From Octopus vulgaris (taxonomy: Eukaryota): a DNA stretch of 64,000 nt. The notes under the pieces are model-generated. The model was not told where the DNA came from. It did not search any database and saw only the letters and a list, made by a program, of their open reading frames with translations. The translations under genes were made by a program, and so were the position numbers. Of the stretch, positions 36,781-49,900 are shown piece by piece. Positions within the stretch are counted from its first letter, which is position 1, and each line of letters begins with the position of its first letter. Location: assembly GCA_951406725.2 (NCBI GenBank), contig OX597824.1, positions 63,922,001 to 63,986,000 on the forward strand. Reading direction: 5' to 3'.

Positions 36781-38409
36781 CAGTTGCAGCCAAAATGTTC
36801 AGAACGGCATTGTTTTCGTCAGAAAAGTAAGTATAAGTTTTTATCAAAGTAGTTTTATATTCTATAATTTTCACAGACAATAAATACAATATTACTTGTT
36901 ATTGTCTGAGATTTTAGTGTAATTGGAGAGGATAATACAAAAGTTATGGATGATTTAGTGATTTACTGCAAAACCCATGGCGGCCAAAATGATCAGAACG
37001 GTTGAAAAAATAACAAAATAATCAAAAATGACAGAGAATACTGGAATTATTTAATATTTAGTGTGAAGCCCATTAGTTTCAATCACACTCTGACATCTTC
37101 GACTGCATGAGGAAATTAAATTTTCAATTTCTTGCTGGGTGATCTTATTCCATTCTTCCTGAAGGGCATTCCATAATTGCTCAGTTGTTTTAGGATTTCT
37201 GGATTTCGAACGTTCTCCTAGAATATTCCGTACATTTTTAATAGGATTGAGATCTGGGCTTTGAGCAGGTCAATCCATAACAATAACCTTTTCAGTCTTG
37301 ACGAAGTTCATGACCACCTTAGCCTTGTGACATGGGGCATTGTCCTGCATGAATATGGGTGGTCGCTTAGTTGAATTTCTCAGCACAGGCAAGACATGAT
37401 CTTTTACAAGTTGTTTATAAACTCCTGCATTTACCTTTCCATGTAATCGCACCAAAGGGTCCACACCATCTCCAGATATCATCCCCCAAACCATGAGACT
37501 TCCTCCACCGAATTTAACACTAGTCTTAAGGCATTTAGGCGACAATTTTTCACCTACTTTTCTACGAACGTACCTTTTCCCATCTGAGCCAAATAACATA
37601 AACTTAGATTCATCACTGAAATGCACCGTTTGCCATTTTTCTTGAGACCACAACACATGTTCGGTTGCAAAGATAAAATGACACTTTTTATTCTTGGAGC
37701 TGATCAGTGGCTTCACTGCAGGTGCTCTTGCTTGTAGGTCATGTTCAACTAAACGACGAGACACAGTTTTTCGAGATAAAGTTTTCTTCAATACAATGCT
37801 CATTTTCCGAGAAACAGCAGCAGCAGTTTTAAATCTGTCCTTTTTAACCAACTTTACCATAGCACAATCTTCTCTCTTGGTCGTTTTTCTTGGCCTACCT
37901 GTAAACTTTCTTGCTTCACACGAACCACAATCATTGTAGACCTTAAGAATACCGTGTACAACACTTTTTGACTTGTTAACAATCTTTGCAATAGATCCAA
38001 TACTTAAATTATCCTTCCTTCGAAGCTTAATAATCTGCTGACGAATTGGTAACGGAGTAAGTGGTATTATATTAACAAAGTACACTGCAAATATTCTTAC
38101 TAATGTTTAGTAAACTAACTGTCACGTAAGCAAATTCAAAAGATTAGAGTTCGCCGGTTAAATATACTAAAACACGGAGTAAAAGTAACCGTTCTGATCA
38201 TTTTGGCCGCCATGGGTTTTGCAGTAAATCATTAAATCATCCATAACTTTTGTATTATCCTCTCAAATTACACCAAAATCTCAGGCAATAACAAATAATA
38301 TCGTATTTATTGTCTGTGAAAATTATAGAATATAAAACAACTTTGACAAAAAATTATATCTACTTTTCTGACGAAAGCAATGCCGTTCTGAACATTTTGG
38401 CCGCCACTG
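36781..38409 (-). mobile_element. Full-length Tc1-family (DD34E) transposon with ~223-bp IR/DR-type TIRs and TA TSD
   Basis: TA|cagt...actg|TA. TIRs at 36781-37003 and 38187-38409, each with two gccaaaatg(t/a)tcagaacgg direct repeats. Confidence 0.95.
37051..38085 (-). pseudogene. Tc1 transposase, inactivated
   Basis: GRPRKTT, FSDESKF, GGGSLMVWG, QDNAPCH. The frame continues past a W>TGA stop as *PAQSPDLNPIKN (catalytic E>K, 34 residues after the second D) to TAA at 37051. Confidence 0.92.
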
Positions 38410-39589
38410 TATAATAAAAATACACGGCTCTTTTAAAATAAACGTTATTACACCATTATTACTGAAAGAACAAATTAAAAACGTAAATGATATCATAATC
38501 TTTTGATTTTCGATGAGTCAACAAGTATTATGAGTGGAAAGAATTAACAGTTATTACAAAAATAAATAAATAAATAAATTGTATCACAATTGTTAAGGTT
38601 AGTTTCTGTAGCCATAACATACGGCTGAAATCTATCGAGTCGTAAAAATGTTGCTGAGTAATGTGAAAATTAATACTAAAAACTGTTTTGTTGTTGCAAT
38701 TGGTGGAACTTCAAGCCTTTGGTGGCTTTAATAATTCTCTCTACTCGCATACGAAATTATATAATCCAAAGTTGATTCTTGTAAAATGCATTTGCCAATT
38801 TCTTCATTTAGCAAGTTCTCATGCAACAGAATAAATTTCCTTCTAAGATTGTCTATTAAATGAAACTTGCAACTGTTCTACACATCAACGCTGCCATGAG
38901 AGTCTTACATGAAAATTGATGCGAGAAATTATTGTAAATCATTCCCTTGTTTTGAGGTGTAAAATGGTGAGCGAGAAGTAATTATAAAAATAATTCTTAG
39001 CATTAAAATTACATTTTGAAATGGCACTTTCTTGTTACGCTAAATATAATTCGGGGTAATTACATGCTATGTAATTAGATGCAACTAATGAACTTTATTT
39101 AACATTTATGAGAATTGTGTTGAATGGATGAAAAATTGATTTGCTGTTCCAAGCAAACTGTCGGGTCACTGCTGTATTTAAGACATGTTTTATAAGTTTG
39201 CCTTTAAATTTAACTGATTTATCTAAAACTAGAAAAAAATGAGAATCAGTGGAGCGAATTATTAACGCACCTTTGGAAACATATTTTCCGGAGGAATCTC
39301 TACCAACGGTTTTGATTTTTTGGTGTAAAGAAGCAACAACGTTGAACTTGGATTCCCGGATTTCTCAGAGCAGAGGAAAACACTTTGATCAAGCAGAGAG
39401 GCGATCAGAGGACGAGGGATCCACTGACTAAGTTTAGACATTTCTCCAAGTTCATAAAGGTAATTTTATGATTGAAGTGTGACTTGATTTGAACTGTTTT
39501 ACTAATTTTCGTACATTTTTCTTTGGATTTTCCTCAACAATGGCTTTCAGAAGTTCAGTATCGACATATCTTGATCATTCTGATCGAGG

Positions 39590-40130
39590 GAAATCTGCAA
39601 GAGAAAAATTTCCCCGATGAAAGTGGCTAAACCATCGATGGCCTGTCTGGACACTTAAAGCTTTATTTCTATAGACTGAACAAATATTTCTTGACTCTTC
39701 CATTGCTCGGCACTACATTGCAAGACAGATTTGGCTTTGCTACTGAAATTCTCAGCTTAATATAGCGCTTTTGCCTTTCAGACAGACTTTAAAATGTTGA
39801 AGTTTTGACTTGCCTTCTCTAAGTTCCTCTTCCACGTCTTCTATTCTTCCTCCAGCTGCAGACACCACACTTTCTAGATACATGGGACTTTTCACTTCAT
39901 TCAGTATATGATTTTCAACCATGCCAAAATCAGGGTCATCACTTTGAAATTGCCGCATCTTTTCAGCGTTAACCCTGTAGCCGTTTTTTACTCCTATCGC
40001 TGTTATATTTAAATGACGTCTGAAAAGTCTAGTTCTTCTAATGACTGTTTCTGTATCCGCTCTATGTCTGCTCTTTTGACTTGAGCAAGCTTGACGATTC
40101 TCCAAACAAATAGATCATCAGCGATGATGG
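39590..40130 (-). mobile_element. Decayed RTE-clade LINE RT C-terminal fragment
   Basis: ELDFSDV, GYRVNAEK, LNEVKSPMYLESVVSAAGGRIEDV (cf. LEEV..F.YLGS.VS..GG...DV). Confidence 0.55.
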
Positions 40131-40974
40131 ATATTCATGCCTTACTCTAAGTCTATGATCGCATGAAACAGCTCTCAGATTCAGGGAGAAAGATAACCAG
40201 AGCTCTTAAATTAATGACAGAAGCAGCTGAGAAGAGTTGCAACTGGGTTTGGTCAAAAAGGAAAATAAATTTAAATTTCAGGAGACATAATTCACCCTAC
40301 AGTCAACTGGTGTCTCAGACCGAATGGGTCACGACGTCCAAGGTAACTTCGCTCAGGGGCACTTTAACCACCCAGAATGGTTCGCGGTGCGCTGCAAACA
40401 GTAGGAGAATGTGGTTTCAGAAGAGTATCCATGAGTCATGATCTGGATGCGACCGGACCTGGCTCCTAAAAGCCGAAACCTTTGCATGAGTTGGTAGGGC
40501 TTCTCTGAAAACCTTCTGCTGTTCATGTTCTCTCTACATGTCAGCATATACAATGTTTTGTTTTCTTTTTTAAGATAATTTTTAACGCAGCGAAATTATG
40601 TTTTCAAGGAATTTCTTTGAATTTTATTTCCTTAAAATAATGGCTACATTATGATATTATTCTGAAATATTTTGCGCAAAATATTTTTATTAATATAAAA
40701 AATTATTTGAATATTCCCAAGAATTTGTTTTTTATTCATTCGACATTTTCCGATGAATTCTGATATTTTAAACAAATTGTGTTTCATCGTTTGCTATAGG
40801 GAATACTATTTGAAATTTTCTAATTAACTGGGATTTTCCCCCAGTTAAATAATGTCATAGAAATAAATGAAGGGAAGGAATACACACATCGTTTGTTTCT
40901 AAAACATTTTACAAGAAATATTTTTTAAAATTTAAAATTCAGTATTGCTCTGCGCAAATACTATCAACTAAAGG

Positions 40975-41385
40975 GTAGGTGTGGCTGTGTGGTAGTAAGA
41001 CGTTGTTTCTTAACCACATGGTTCCGGGTTCAGTCCCACTGTGTGACACCTTGGCCAAGTGTCTTCTACTATAGCCATGAGCCGGCCAAAGCCTTGTGAG
41101 TGGATTTGGTAGACGGAAACTGAAAGAAGCCTATCGTATATACATGTGTATATATATGCACGTCTCTTTGTGTCTGTGTTTGTCCCCCAAGCATTACTTG
41201 ACAACCGATGTTGGTATGTTTACGTCCCCGTAACCCAGCGCTTTGGCAAAAGACACCGATTGAATAAGTACTAGGCTTACAAAGAATAAGTCCAGGGGTC
41301 GATTTCTTCGACAAAAGAACTTTCCAAGGTCTTGCTCCAGCATGGCCGCACTAAAATGACTCAAACAAGTAATAGAACATAAGAA
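40975..41385 (+). mobile_element. SINE family D, full length
   Basis: gtggctgtgtggta..ccacatggttccgggttcagtccc head; internal (TG/TA) tract; 3' gctccagcatggccgca..aaacaagtaa. Confidence 0.9.
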
Positions 41386-41454
41386 TATATATTTTCTATC
41401 GACATAGATAAAACGGTGTAGTAAGAGTTCCAGGTAAGAAATCCCTAGGTGGAA

Positions 41455-41862
41455 TACTCTTTACTCTTTTACTTGTTTCAGTGATTTGGCTGTGGCCATG
41501 CTGGAGCACCGCCTTTAGTCGAGCAAATCGACCCCAGGACTTATTCTTTGTAAGCCTAGTACTTATCCTATCGGTCTCTTTTGCCGAACCACTAAGTTAC
41601 GGGGACGTAAACACACCAGCATCGATTGTCAAGCGATGTTTGGGGGACAAACACAGACACACAAACATATACACACATACACACATACATACACACATAC
41701 ATACATTTATATACGACGGGCTTCTTTCAGTTTCCGTCTACCAAATCCACTCACAATGCTTTGGTCGGCCCGAGGCTATAGTAGAAGACATTTGCCCAAG
41801 GTACTGCACAGTGGGACTGAGCCCGGAACCATGTGGTTGGTAAGCGAGCTACTTACCACTTG
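41455..41862 (-). mobile_element. SINE family D, full length, tail-to-tail with the previous copy
   Basis: Reverse complement of the 40975 copy; (aaaagagt) tail units. Confidence 0.9.
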
Positions 41863-42204
41863 GTAATTGGAATATTCTTTGTAGATGTGCTCAACAATTT
41901 CTTATCCGTGAGTGTTATCTATATGTAGCGCTCGGCCGAGCAAAAGGTATATCGTCCACAGATGAGATCCAATGATTCTCAGTGTAGAAGACATTTAGTA
42001 GTGCTTGCTCTATACTATAACCTCAAATTTAATAATTCTGACTCTCCCAATGAAAAGGAACCGCTCACTCTTCCTAAACTATCTTTTCTTCTCTCACAAT
42101 TCTTTTGTCTTGCCCCCCATAACCCCACCGACCTTTCCATTTCTCCCCTCTAACATAGGTAACTCTCCACATTCAATCATTCCATCTTTGAACTTCTCTG
42201 TATT

Positions 42205-42453
42205 AAGATCATTGTTTTAGCCTTCAAATGTCGCCACCCCGCTGGCTAAGCGAGCAGGCCAACAGAAGAAAGAGTGAGAGAAAATTGTAGCAAAAGAGTA
42301 CATCAGGGATCGCCACCCCACCCTCCTGCCGGAGTCTCGTGGAGCTTTAGGTGTTTTCGCTCAATAAACACACACAACACCCGGTCTGGGAATCGAAACC
42401 GCGATCCTACGACCGCGAGTCCGCTGCCCTAACCACTGGGTCATTGCGGCTCC

Positions 42454-42455
<2 letters not shown>
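42205..42455 (-). mobile_element. SINE family A head with a third type of 3' body
   Basis: The head matches 9080 and 31739. After ctctcactctttcttc it continues tgttggcctgctcgcttagccagcgggg. Confidence 0.85.
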
Positions 42456-42530
<75 letters not shown>

Positions 42531-42534
<4 letters not shown>

Positions 42535-42970
42535 AAAAAAGAATAAAATGACATCACTAGTAATTCTAATCAGTTTAATTTATTTTAATTTTTTAATAAT
42601 ATATATTTTACGCTTTAGTTCGTAGATCTAATAAGTTCTTTCTTAACTTGGGTGGGGAGATTATTTTTTTAAAATTCTTTGTTAACTTTTCTTGAGAAAA
42701 TTCTCATATTCGTTGTCAAACAGATCTGAGGGTTTGGTGCTTTGTGATTCTATACATATGGGACTTGGATGTGCTTGGGGTGGGTGGGGTTGAGATTTGT
42801 TAATCAGTGTGGGAGTGAAAGAGTGTTGATGAATAAGAGTTGAAAGAAAATTATGAATGGTCAAAACAAGATACTTCAATGGAGGTGAGATGGGAGGTGG
42901 TGGGGTGTTAAAGGAGTGTTTTATGAATATGTATATATACATATACACATGTACACACACACACACACAA

Positions 42971-43003
<33 letters not shown>

Positions 43004-43410
43004 AAACCACATATACCTACTACACACATATATATACACAAACGCATATACATATACATATATATATACACACACACATGCACGGATATATTTATACATA
43101 CACACACGTATAAATGCGTACATGCATACATATACACACATACACATATACAAACACATATATACATACCTATATTCATACACACACAAATATATAAATC
43201 TGTTTGTATACACATACATACCTACATAAACATACATATGTTTATACATACACAAATACATACACATACACACACACACTCACATGTTTATGTGTGTATG
43301 CGTGTGTATGTATATACATATTTATGTGTATGTAGGTATGTATGTGTGTGTATGTATGAGTATATCAGTGCATGTGTGTATATTTATATATGTGTGTGTG
43401 TAGATACATA

Positions 43411-43466
<56 letters not shown>

Positions 43467-43489
43467 CATATATATACATATATATATAC

Positions 43490-43565
<76 letters not shown>

Positions 43566-44176
43566 CGGGAGTGATGTATATATACTTTTTGTTTATTATA
43601 TGTAAGGAAGGAAATATGTGAGCTAGTACGATATCCCCCTCATCTCTTCCCAGACCAATATATAAAAAACATTTCTATCAACAAATATTTTTATCAAAAG
43701 ACATGGGTCTTACACCCCATTAACACTGCAGACCCAGACCTAAAATAGAAAATTACTAAAACAGAATTTAGAAAGACATTTCTCACCAAAGGTCAACTAT
43801 TCAAATGGCTTCATAAAACACGCCTTTAACACTCCCACCCCCAATCAAGTATCTTGTTTTGACCATTCACCATCTTCTTTCAGCTCATTCGTCAACACTC
43901 CTTCACTGCCACACAGATTAACAAACCCCAACTCTTCCCCAAACACACCCAAATCCCATATGTATAGAATAACAAAACCCCAAACCCCAGATCCGTTTGA
44001 TAACGAATGCGAAAGAGTTCTCCAGAAAAGTTAAAGAATCTCCCCACCCAAGTTAACAAAGAACTTACGAGACGTACGAACTTAAGTGTAAAATTTATGC
44101 TATTAAAAAGTTTAAAAATAATAAATTAAACTGATAAGAACTACCAGTGAAGTCATTCTTTTTCCTTTTTCAAATA
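42531..44176. repeat. Inverted pair of ~370-400-bp arms (42531-42926 and 43811-44176) around a microsatellite block
   Basis: For example ttaacttgggtggggaga vs tctccccacccaagttaa, and gaatggtcaaaacaagatactt vs aagtatcttgttttgaccattc. Confidence 0.85.
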
Positions 44177-44336
44177 TACCTAGCTGTACAAAGAATCTCA
44201 CACATGTTCTAATAATTTATATATATAATAACAAAGGGTAAAATTAATTAATTAAGAGGTAATCAATAATTTCACCAAGTAGAATTCGGCATGAAAAAGG
44301 ACCATGTCACGGTAAACTTAAGTAATACTTTATAAT

Positions 44337-44660
44337 TAGGGTTCACCAAAGATTTGCTTTACCGCATACCGAAGTTTAGAAATAGCAGCCAAAAAACCTT
44401 AGCTATTTCTTCTACTGTAGAAGGGACTCCCAGAAAAACCAAAATACAAAAGGCAGAGAGGAAAAATAACGAAAATCAATCTATATCTGGTCACCCAAGA
44501 TATAGATTGATTTTCGTTATTTTTCCTCTCTGCCTGCGTGGATTGTTTTCAAGTATTTTGGTTTTTCTGGGAGTTCCTTTTTAAAGTAGAAGAAATAGCT
44601 AAGGTTTTTTGGCTGCTATTTCTAAACTTCGGTATGTGGTAAAGCAAATCTTAGCTGAAC

Positions 44661-44665
<5 letters not shown>
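44337..44665. repeat. ~330-bp near-perfect palindrome (hairpin) with ~9-nt loop
   Basis: Arms 44337-44488 and 44498-44665 are reverse complements with few mismatches and one short indel. Confidence 0.95.
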
Positions 44666-44715
<50 letters not shown>

Positions 44716-44876
44716 TTTCAAATATATATATATAAAACCTTCAAATATATATATTATCTTTTTTTAATAATTTTGATATATTTAAAATAATATAAATTAA
44801 TTAATCTTATGTATTGGCTTAAGTTTTTCATTGTATGATTTGCCTAATAGTGGTTGTATCTCTAATTTAATATAAT

Positions 44877-44930
<54 letters not shown>

Positions 44931-45052
44931 ATTTTAATAAATCAATATTGATTTTAATATCAATTTAAAACCAGTAGTCTAGCATACAAAAAATCTGGGA
45001 AGTCAGAGACAGTCAAGCCCTGCCAATATACACATGCATACGGCCGACTTCC

Positions 45053-45083
<31 letters not shown>

Positions 45084-46347
45084 CCTTCAAATATATTTGC
45101 TATATTTATACCTACACAAGGTCGTTCATTTCTATCGCCGACACCAGGTGTCTTATTTCTTTTTTTAAATTATGTGTCTTTAAACTATCTCACCTCATTT
45201 ATTATCTTACAAGTTTTATGTTACTGGTTCACTTCTTTAATTTTTCGGATTGTCATTGAGAGTTTCTTTGATGTTGGAAGTTTTTTGTATTCTTTGTTTG
45301 TCCCGACACCAATGTTTTGCCTATATTGAAACATTTTTTTCTTTACTCTCATCGTTTATACACTTCCGGTCCGTTCAAATAGCTGGATTCAATGTCTAAC
45401 AATCTGACATGAATCATTAATAATTATTCGAGCTATTTTAACCTGATCTTCACCTTTTGTTTTTATGTGTTTATCTATCCTACATTTTAATCTGTTCCGT
45501 CGCTGGAGGTCTTATTCATAACTAACTTCTTAGAATGGACTTAGAACAAATAAAAAAAGCATATTTTGAACGGTTACACATCATAGAATTGTGAGTGAAG
45601 AGTATATTTATAAACAACACACTAATATGCAACATTTTTCTCTTAAATCTTTCACGTATTTGAAAAGAGAATTTTTTTCTAGAAATATAAGATTTTAGCT
45701 GGAAGGTTGTGTATGTAGCCCTCTTAATACAAAATCTTGCTTCTCATGAGTTGCATATTAATCGAGGGAAATAATACAAAAACAAACGCGTTTTCAATTA
45801 ACAATGACACTTCATTCTTCAGCTAAATAAAATTATAAAGCAAACCAGATTAAAACATCATGATGAATGTGGGCTGTAGAAAATCATTCATAGTTAGCTT
45901 TTCAACTCAGTCGAACTTGGTTAGACGTGCTTTAACAGGAACAAAAATAATGTGACGTAGCTTCCTGAAAACAAACTCTTCCCTCTGCTAAAATGAAAAA
46001 CTTTATGTTATTTGTGAAGTATATTTGCCACGTAAATGTGGCAGACCCATAAGGGACGATGCTACTGTAGTTTATAGCCCCGGGAAGACATCTCCTCCAG
46101 CTGGCTATTGACACACTGTGCTCTATCAGTATTTACAAAGGGAAATCATCGTTGCAAATATACATCACGATGTGCTGCTACTGTTTATATCTCGCTCACA
46201 GATTTATTATTTCGTGTTATTTATTAACAAACAATTGCTCAAACGAACATTTGCCGCGTTTAGTGGCCTATTGTGCAATGCGATTGCATACGCACTCTGT
46301 ATCCCGCGTAAAACTAGACCAAATCAAATACCTGACTCGACTAAGTA

Positions 46348-47617
46348 CGAGGGGCGTTCAATAAGTAATGCCCCTGACCCACTTCCCATAGCAGTAGAGC
46401 AACGAAACTTGGCACAATTATTAGTTTTTTTCTACATAGGAACCACCCAGAGTTATGCATTTCTCCCATCGTTTGATGCAGCTCTGGAGACCATTTTTGT
46501 AGAAGACTCCAGCTTGGCCCTCCAGCCACGACGTGACTTCAGAAATCAAGGCTGCATCATCTGGGAAACGCTTTCCTTTCAAAAACAACTTCATGGCTGG
46601 GAAGAGGTGAAAATTAGAGGGTGCAAGGTCAGGAGAGTAGGGGGGATAGGGACGGAGTTCATAGCCGCACGCCTGTGCTTCTGATCTGGCGACACGCGAG
46701 TTGTAGACCGGAGTGTTGTCCTGCAGGAGGAGGTTGTCTTTGCTGATCTTGCCCCGCCTCTTGATTTTGATAGCTTCTCTTAATTTCCTCAAAAGTGAAG
46801 CATAGGAGGCTCCTGTAATTGTGGTACCCTTTGCCAGAAAATCTGTCTTCACTACTCCGTCCTGGTCCCAGAAGACTGTGAGCATGACCTTGCCAGCGGA
46901 GGGCTGCACCCTTGCCTTCTTTGGAGGAGGTGAGTCACGGTGCTTCCACTGCATTGACTGGGCTTTGGTCTCTGGATCATAGTGATGGACCCAGGTTTCA
47001 TCCTGGGTAATCAGTCTTTTAAAAAATTTTGACTCATCTTCTTGGCACATCTCCAAATTCATCCTCGAGCACTCGACGCGTTCTTGCTTCTGGAAAGGTG
47101 TGAGCAACCTGGGAATCCATCTGGCAGACACCTTTTGCATATGCAAATGGTCATGAATGATAGTTTCCACAGACTCGGTACTAATCTTGATCTCATGGGC
47201 TATTTGGCGAATAGTTATGCGTCGATCTTCCAAAATGGCAGCCTCAACTTGACGGACAGATGCCTCATCAATGGCAGAAGGGAGGGGCGACCAGATCTGG
47301 GAGCTGTTTCCACAGAGTTCCGACCATGTTTAAATTCACGATGCCAGCGTTTTACAAGGTCATATGATGAGGCATCATCACCATAAGTTACTTTCATTTC
47401 ATCAAAAGTCTCCCGTGGTGTACGTCCTTTCAAATACAAAAACCGGATCACTGCTCGACACTCAACAGGCTCCATTTCACACCTGACTCAGTTCAAACAC
47501 CTGTAAATCAGAAATCACAATTAGTTCAGAGCTGTAATTTGCCACTTAATCTATAGAGATACAAATAATTGCACAACTGCAAGTGGGTCAGGGGCATTAC
47601 TTATTGAATGTCCCTCG
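46348..47617 (-). mobile_element. Full-length mariner (DD34D-type) transposon, 37-bp TIRs, TA TSD
   Basis: TA|cgaggggcgttcaataagtaatgcccctgacccactt ... aagtgggtcaggggcattacttattgaatgtccctcg|TA (2 mismatches). Confidence 0.96.
46421..47475 (-). pseudogene. Mariner transposase with one frameshift (~47280)
   Basis: HTH N-terminus..PRSGRP; WIPRLL, TQDETW, LQDNTP, YSPDLAPSNF (third catalytic D>N). Confidence 0.93.
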
Positions 47618-48449
47618 TATTTCAACGCCACATGACTGGTCACATAACCAATCATTAGAGACTTACGCGTGGAGCCCTTTTCAGGGTACTTAAGTCTAAA
47701 CATGCAATTATGAAATTTAGTCTTGCTACAGAATCATTAAACAAGCTATGTAAGATAATACAGAATCTTTTCTCTTTGTTTTCATTTATATTGCCTAATT
47801 TATCGCCTGCATTGCTCAGTTTTATTGGGTTTTTTTGCTTTTTTTTCAACATTTCTATCGAATATGTCTCTGTTTAATAACAAGTAATATAAATGTTGAT
47901 CTGTTGGTTGATTTCTCCGATCACGCTTTACAGCGTATAGAGGGAGAGAGAGTAAAAGAGAGAGATAGTGAGGTGGGGTTAACATCAGAAGTGCGGGATA
48001 AGTGCATATACTAGATTTTGTGGTTGGCAATGAATAAGGAAACGCTACACTAACAACGAGAGAACAGCTTCAATCAGAAACAGGACTTGAAGGAGTAGGC
48101 GGTTGCAACTGTAGTAGATCAGCAATAGTGAATGCTTATCATAATGAATATTTTCCATTGATGCTTTATAAGTAAGTTATTCGCTAACAGAACAGGTTGT
48201 TGTTTTTTTCTTTCATTAATCTCTATGGTATTCGCCAGCTTAAGAATTTACAGCAACCTATCCCCAAAAATATATCATTACAATTGCTTCCATAATATGA
48301 ATACACTCATGCCACCAAGAGTTAAATCAGGAAATAATTATATGAATAATTCAACTTTTATCGAACAATCCAAAGTAGCCAAAGTATATTTCCAGTTTCC
48401 AAGTCATATGACAGTTGGTATTTATAATTCTATAAAATAAATCATCACA

Positions 48450-48654
48450 CGTGAAATAACAATTAATAAGAGATAAGTAAATATTTTCATTAAGTCAAAG
48501 CAAAGTATGAAAATGGCTTTTCTCCGCAAATGAAGCAACAGATAAGAGATTAGTGAGTATTTTCATTAACTTAGGTAAAAGAAAACTATTAAGAGCAAGT
48601 CTCCACAAGTGAAGCAACAATTATAAAGAGATTAGTAAATATTTTCATTAACTC
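48450..48654. repeat. Degenerate ~78-bp tandem repeat, ~2.5 copies
   Basis: gaa..aaca..aagagat(a/t)agt...tattttcattaa recurs three times. Confidence 0.75.
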
Positions 48655-49097
48655 GTTTGATATGTTCGTCCTAACGGTATGTAACTTTGATTTAGTTATA
48701 GAGTATTAAGTCTACTTACGTTAACGCCGTTAATCAGTTATTAAATTTGCTTTATAAATTTTAGTATTGCCTTTAATTTAGTGGTACACAGGAAAGTATA
48801 AATGTGTTATTCAAATTGTAAAACGATTAAGTTTATATGAATTGTGATAACAATATCTTGACCATATTTTCTTTTACTGTGTTATCTCAAGAGCGTTGCT
48901 TAAAGAATAAGGGGAAAATAAAATAAATTTTACAAAATTATGTGTATTAGTTGGTATTTACTTGAGTTATTCCTCTTTATGAAAGGACAGTCACTCGGCT
49001 TGCATTATGTACAATAAACTTTCTTTAAATCGCTCTAATACGGGAGAAGGTTGCCTGTTTTGACCGATTGGATGAGTTCACTGATGCTAGAGGTTAA

Positions 49098-49900
49098 ATA
49101 TTTGAAGTATAACTAAGTCGGCGAGCTGGCAGAATCGTAAGCATTCCGGGCGAAATGCTCAGAGGTATTTCGTTCGTCTTTCAGTTCTGAGTTTAAATTC
49201 GTCAAGGTCTACTTTGCCTTTCATCCCCTCGGGGTCGATAGAACAAGTACCAGTTGAGTACTGAAGTCGATATAATCGACTTACCCTGCTTCCCTAATAT
49301 TACTGACCTTGTGTCAAAATTTGAAACCAATATTTGATGTGTAACTAAGGCGGTGAGCTGGCAGAATCGTTAGCACGCCGGGCAAAAAGCTCACAGGTAT
49401 TTCGTCCGTCTTCATGTCCTGTGTTCAAATTCCACCCAGGCCTTTCATTCCTTCGGGATCGATAAAATAAATACCAGTTGAGCACTGGGGTCGATTAATC
49501 AACTTATCCCTTGTGCCAAAATTTTAAATCGATATTTGATGTATAGCTATGATTCTATGTCACCTTCTCGGATGTTATTTTTATTTTTATGTACTTTTCA
49601 TAAAATTTAGTAGAGATACGACTTCGCGAACGTTCTGAGTTCAAATGCCAGAGGGGTACACTTTGCCTTTCATCGTTTCGGAATCGATAAAATAAGTATC
49701 AGTTGAACACTGAAGTCGCTGTCATCGACTTATCCACTCTCCCCCAAAACTGCTGGCTTCGAGGTAAAATTTCAAACCAATATTTGTTCTGGATCTTTAC
49801 GTTCTGAGTTCAAATCCTGCTGAGGTCAACATGACCTTTCATCTCTCCGGGGTTAATAAAATTGTCTCAATCAAGAACTGGAGTCAATTTAACCAACTGC
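49098..49900 (+). mobile_element. Head-to-tail cluster of four SINE family B units
   Basis: Units at about 49118, 49348, 49630 and 49795. A spacer atatttga.gt.ta(a/g)cta is repeated three times. Confidence 0.85.

Noticed and set aside
46118-46684. 188-aa plus-strand ORF
   Set aside because: Mostly antisense to the mariner transposase and runs across the TIR; a shadow ORF.
48450-49900. CRISPR-like repeat-spacer pattern
   Set aside because: The repeats are degenerate minisatellite or SINE units in eukaryotic DNA, with no cas genes.
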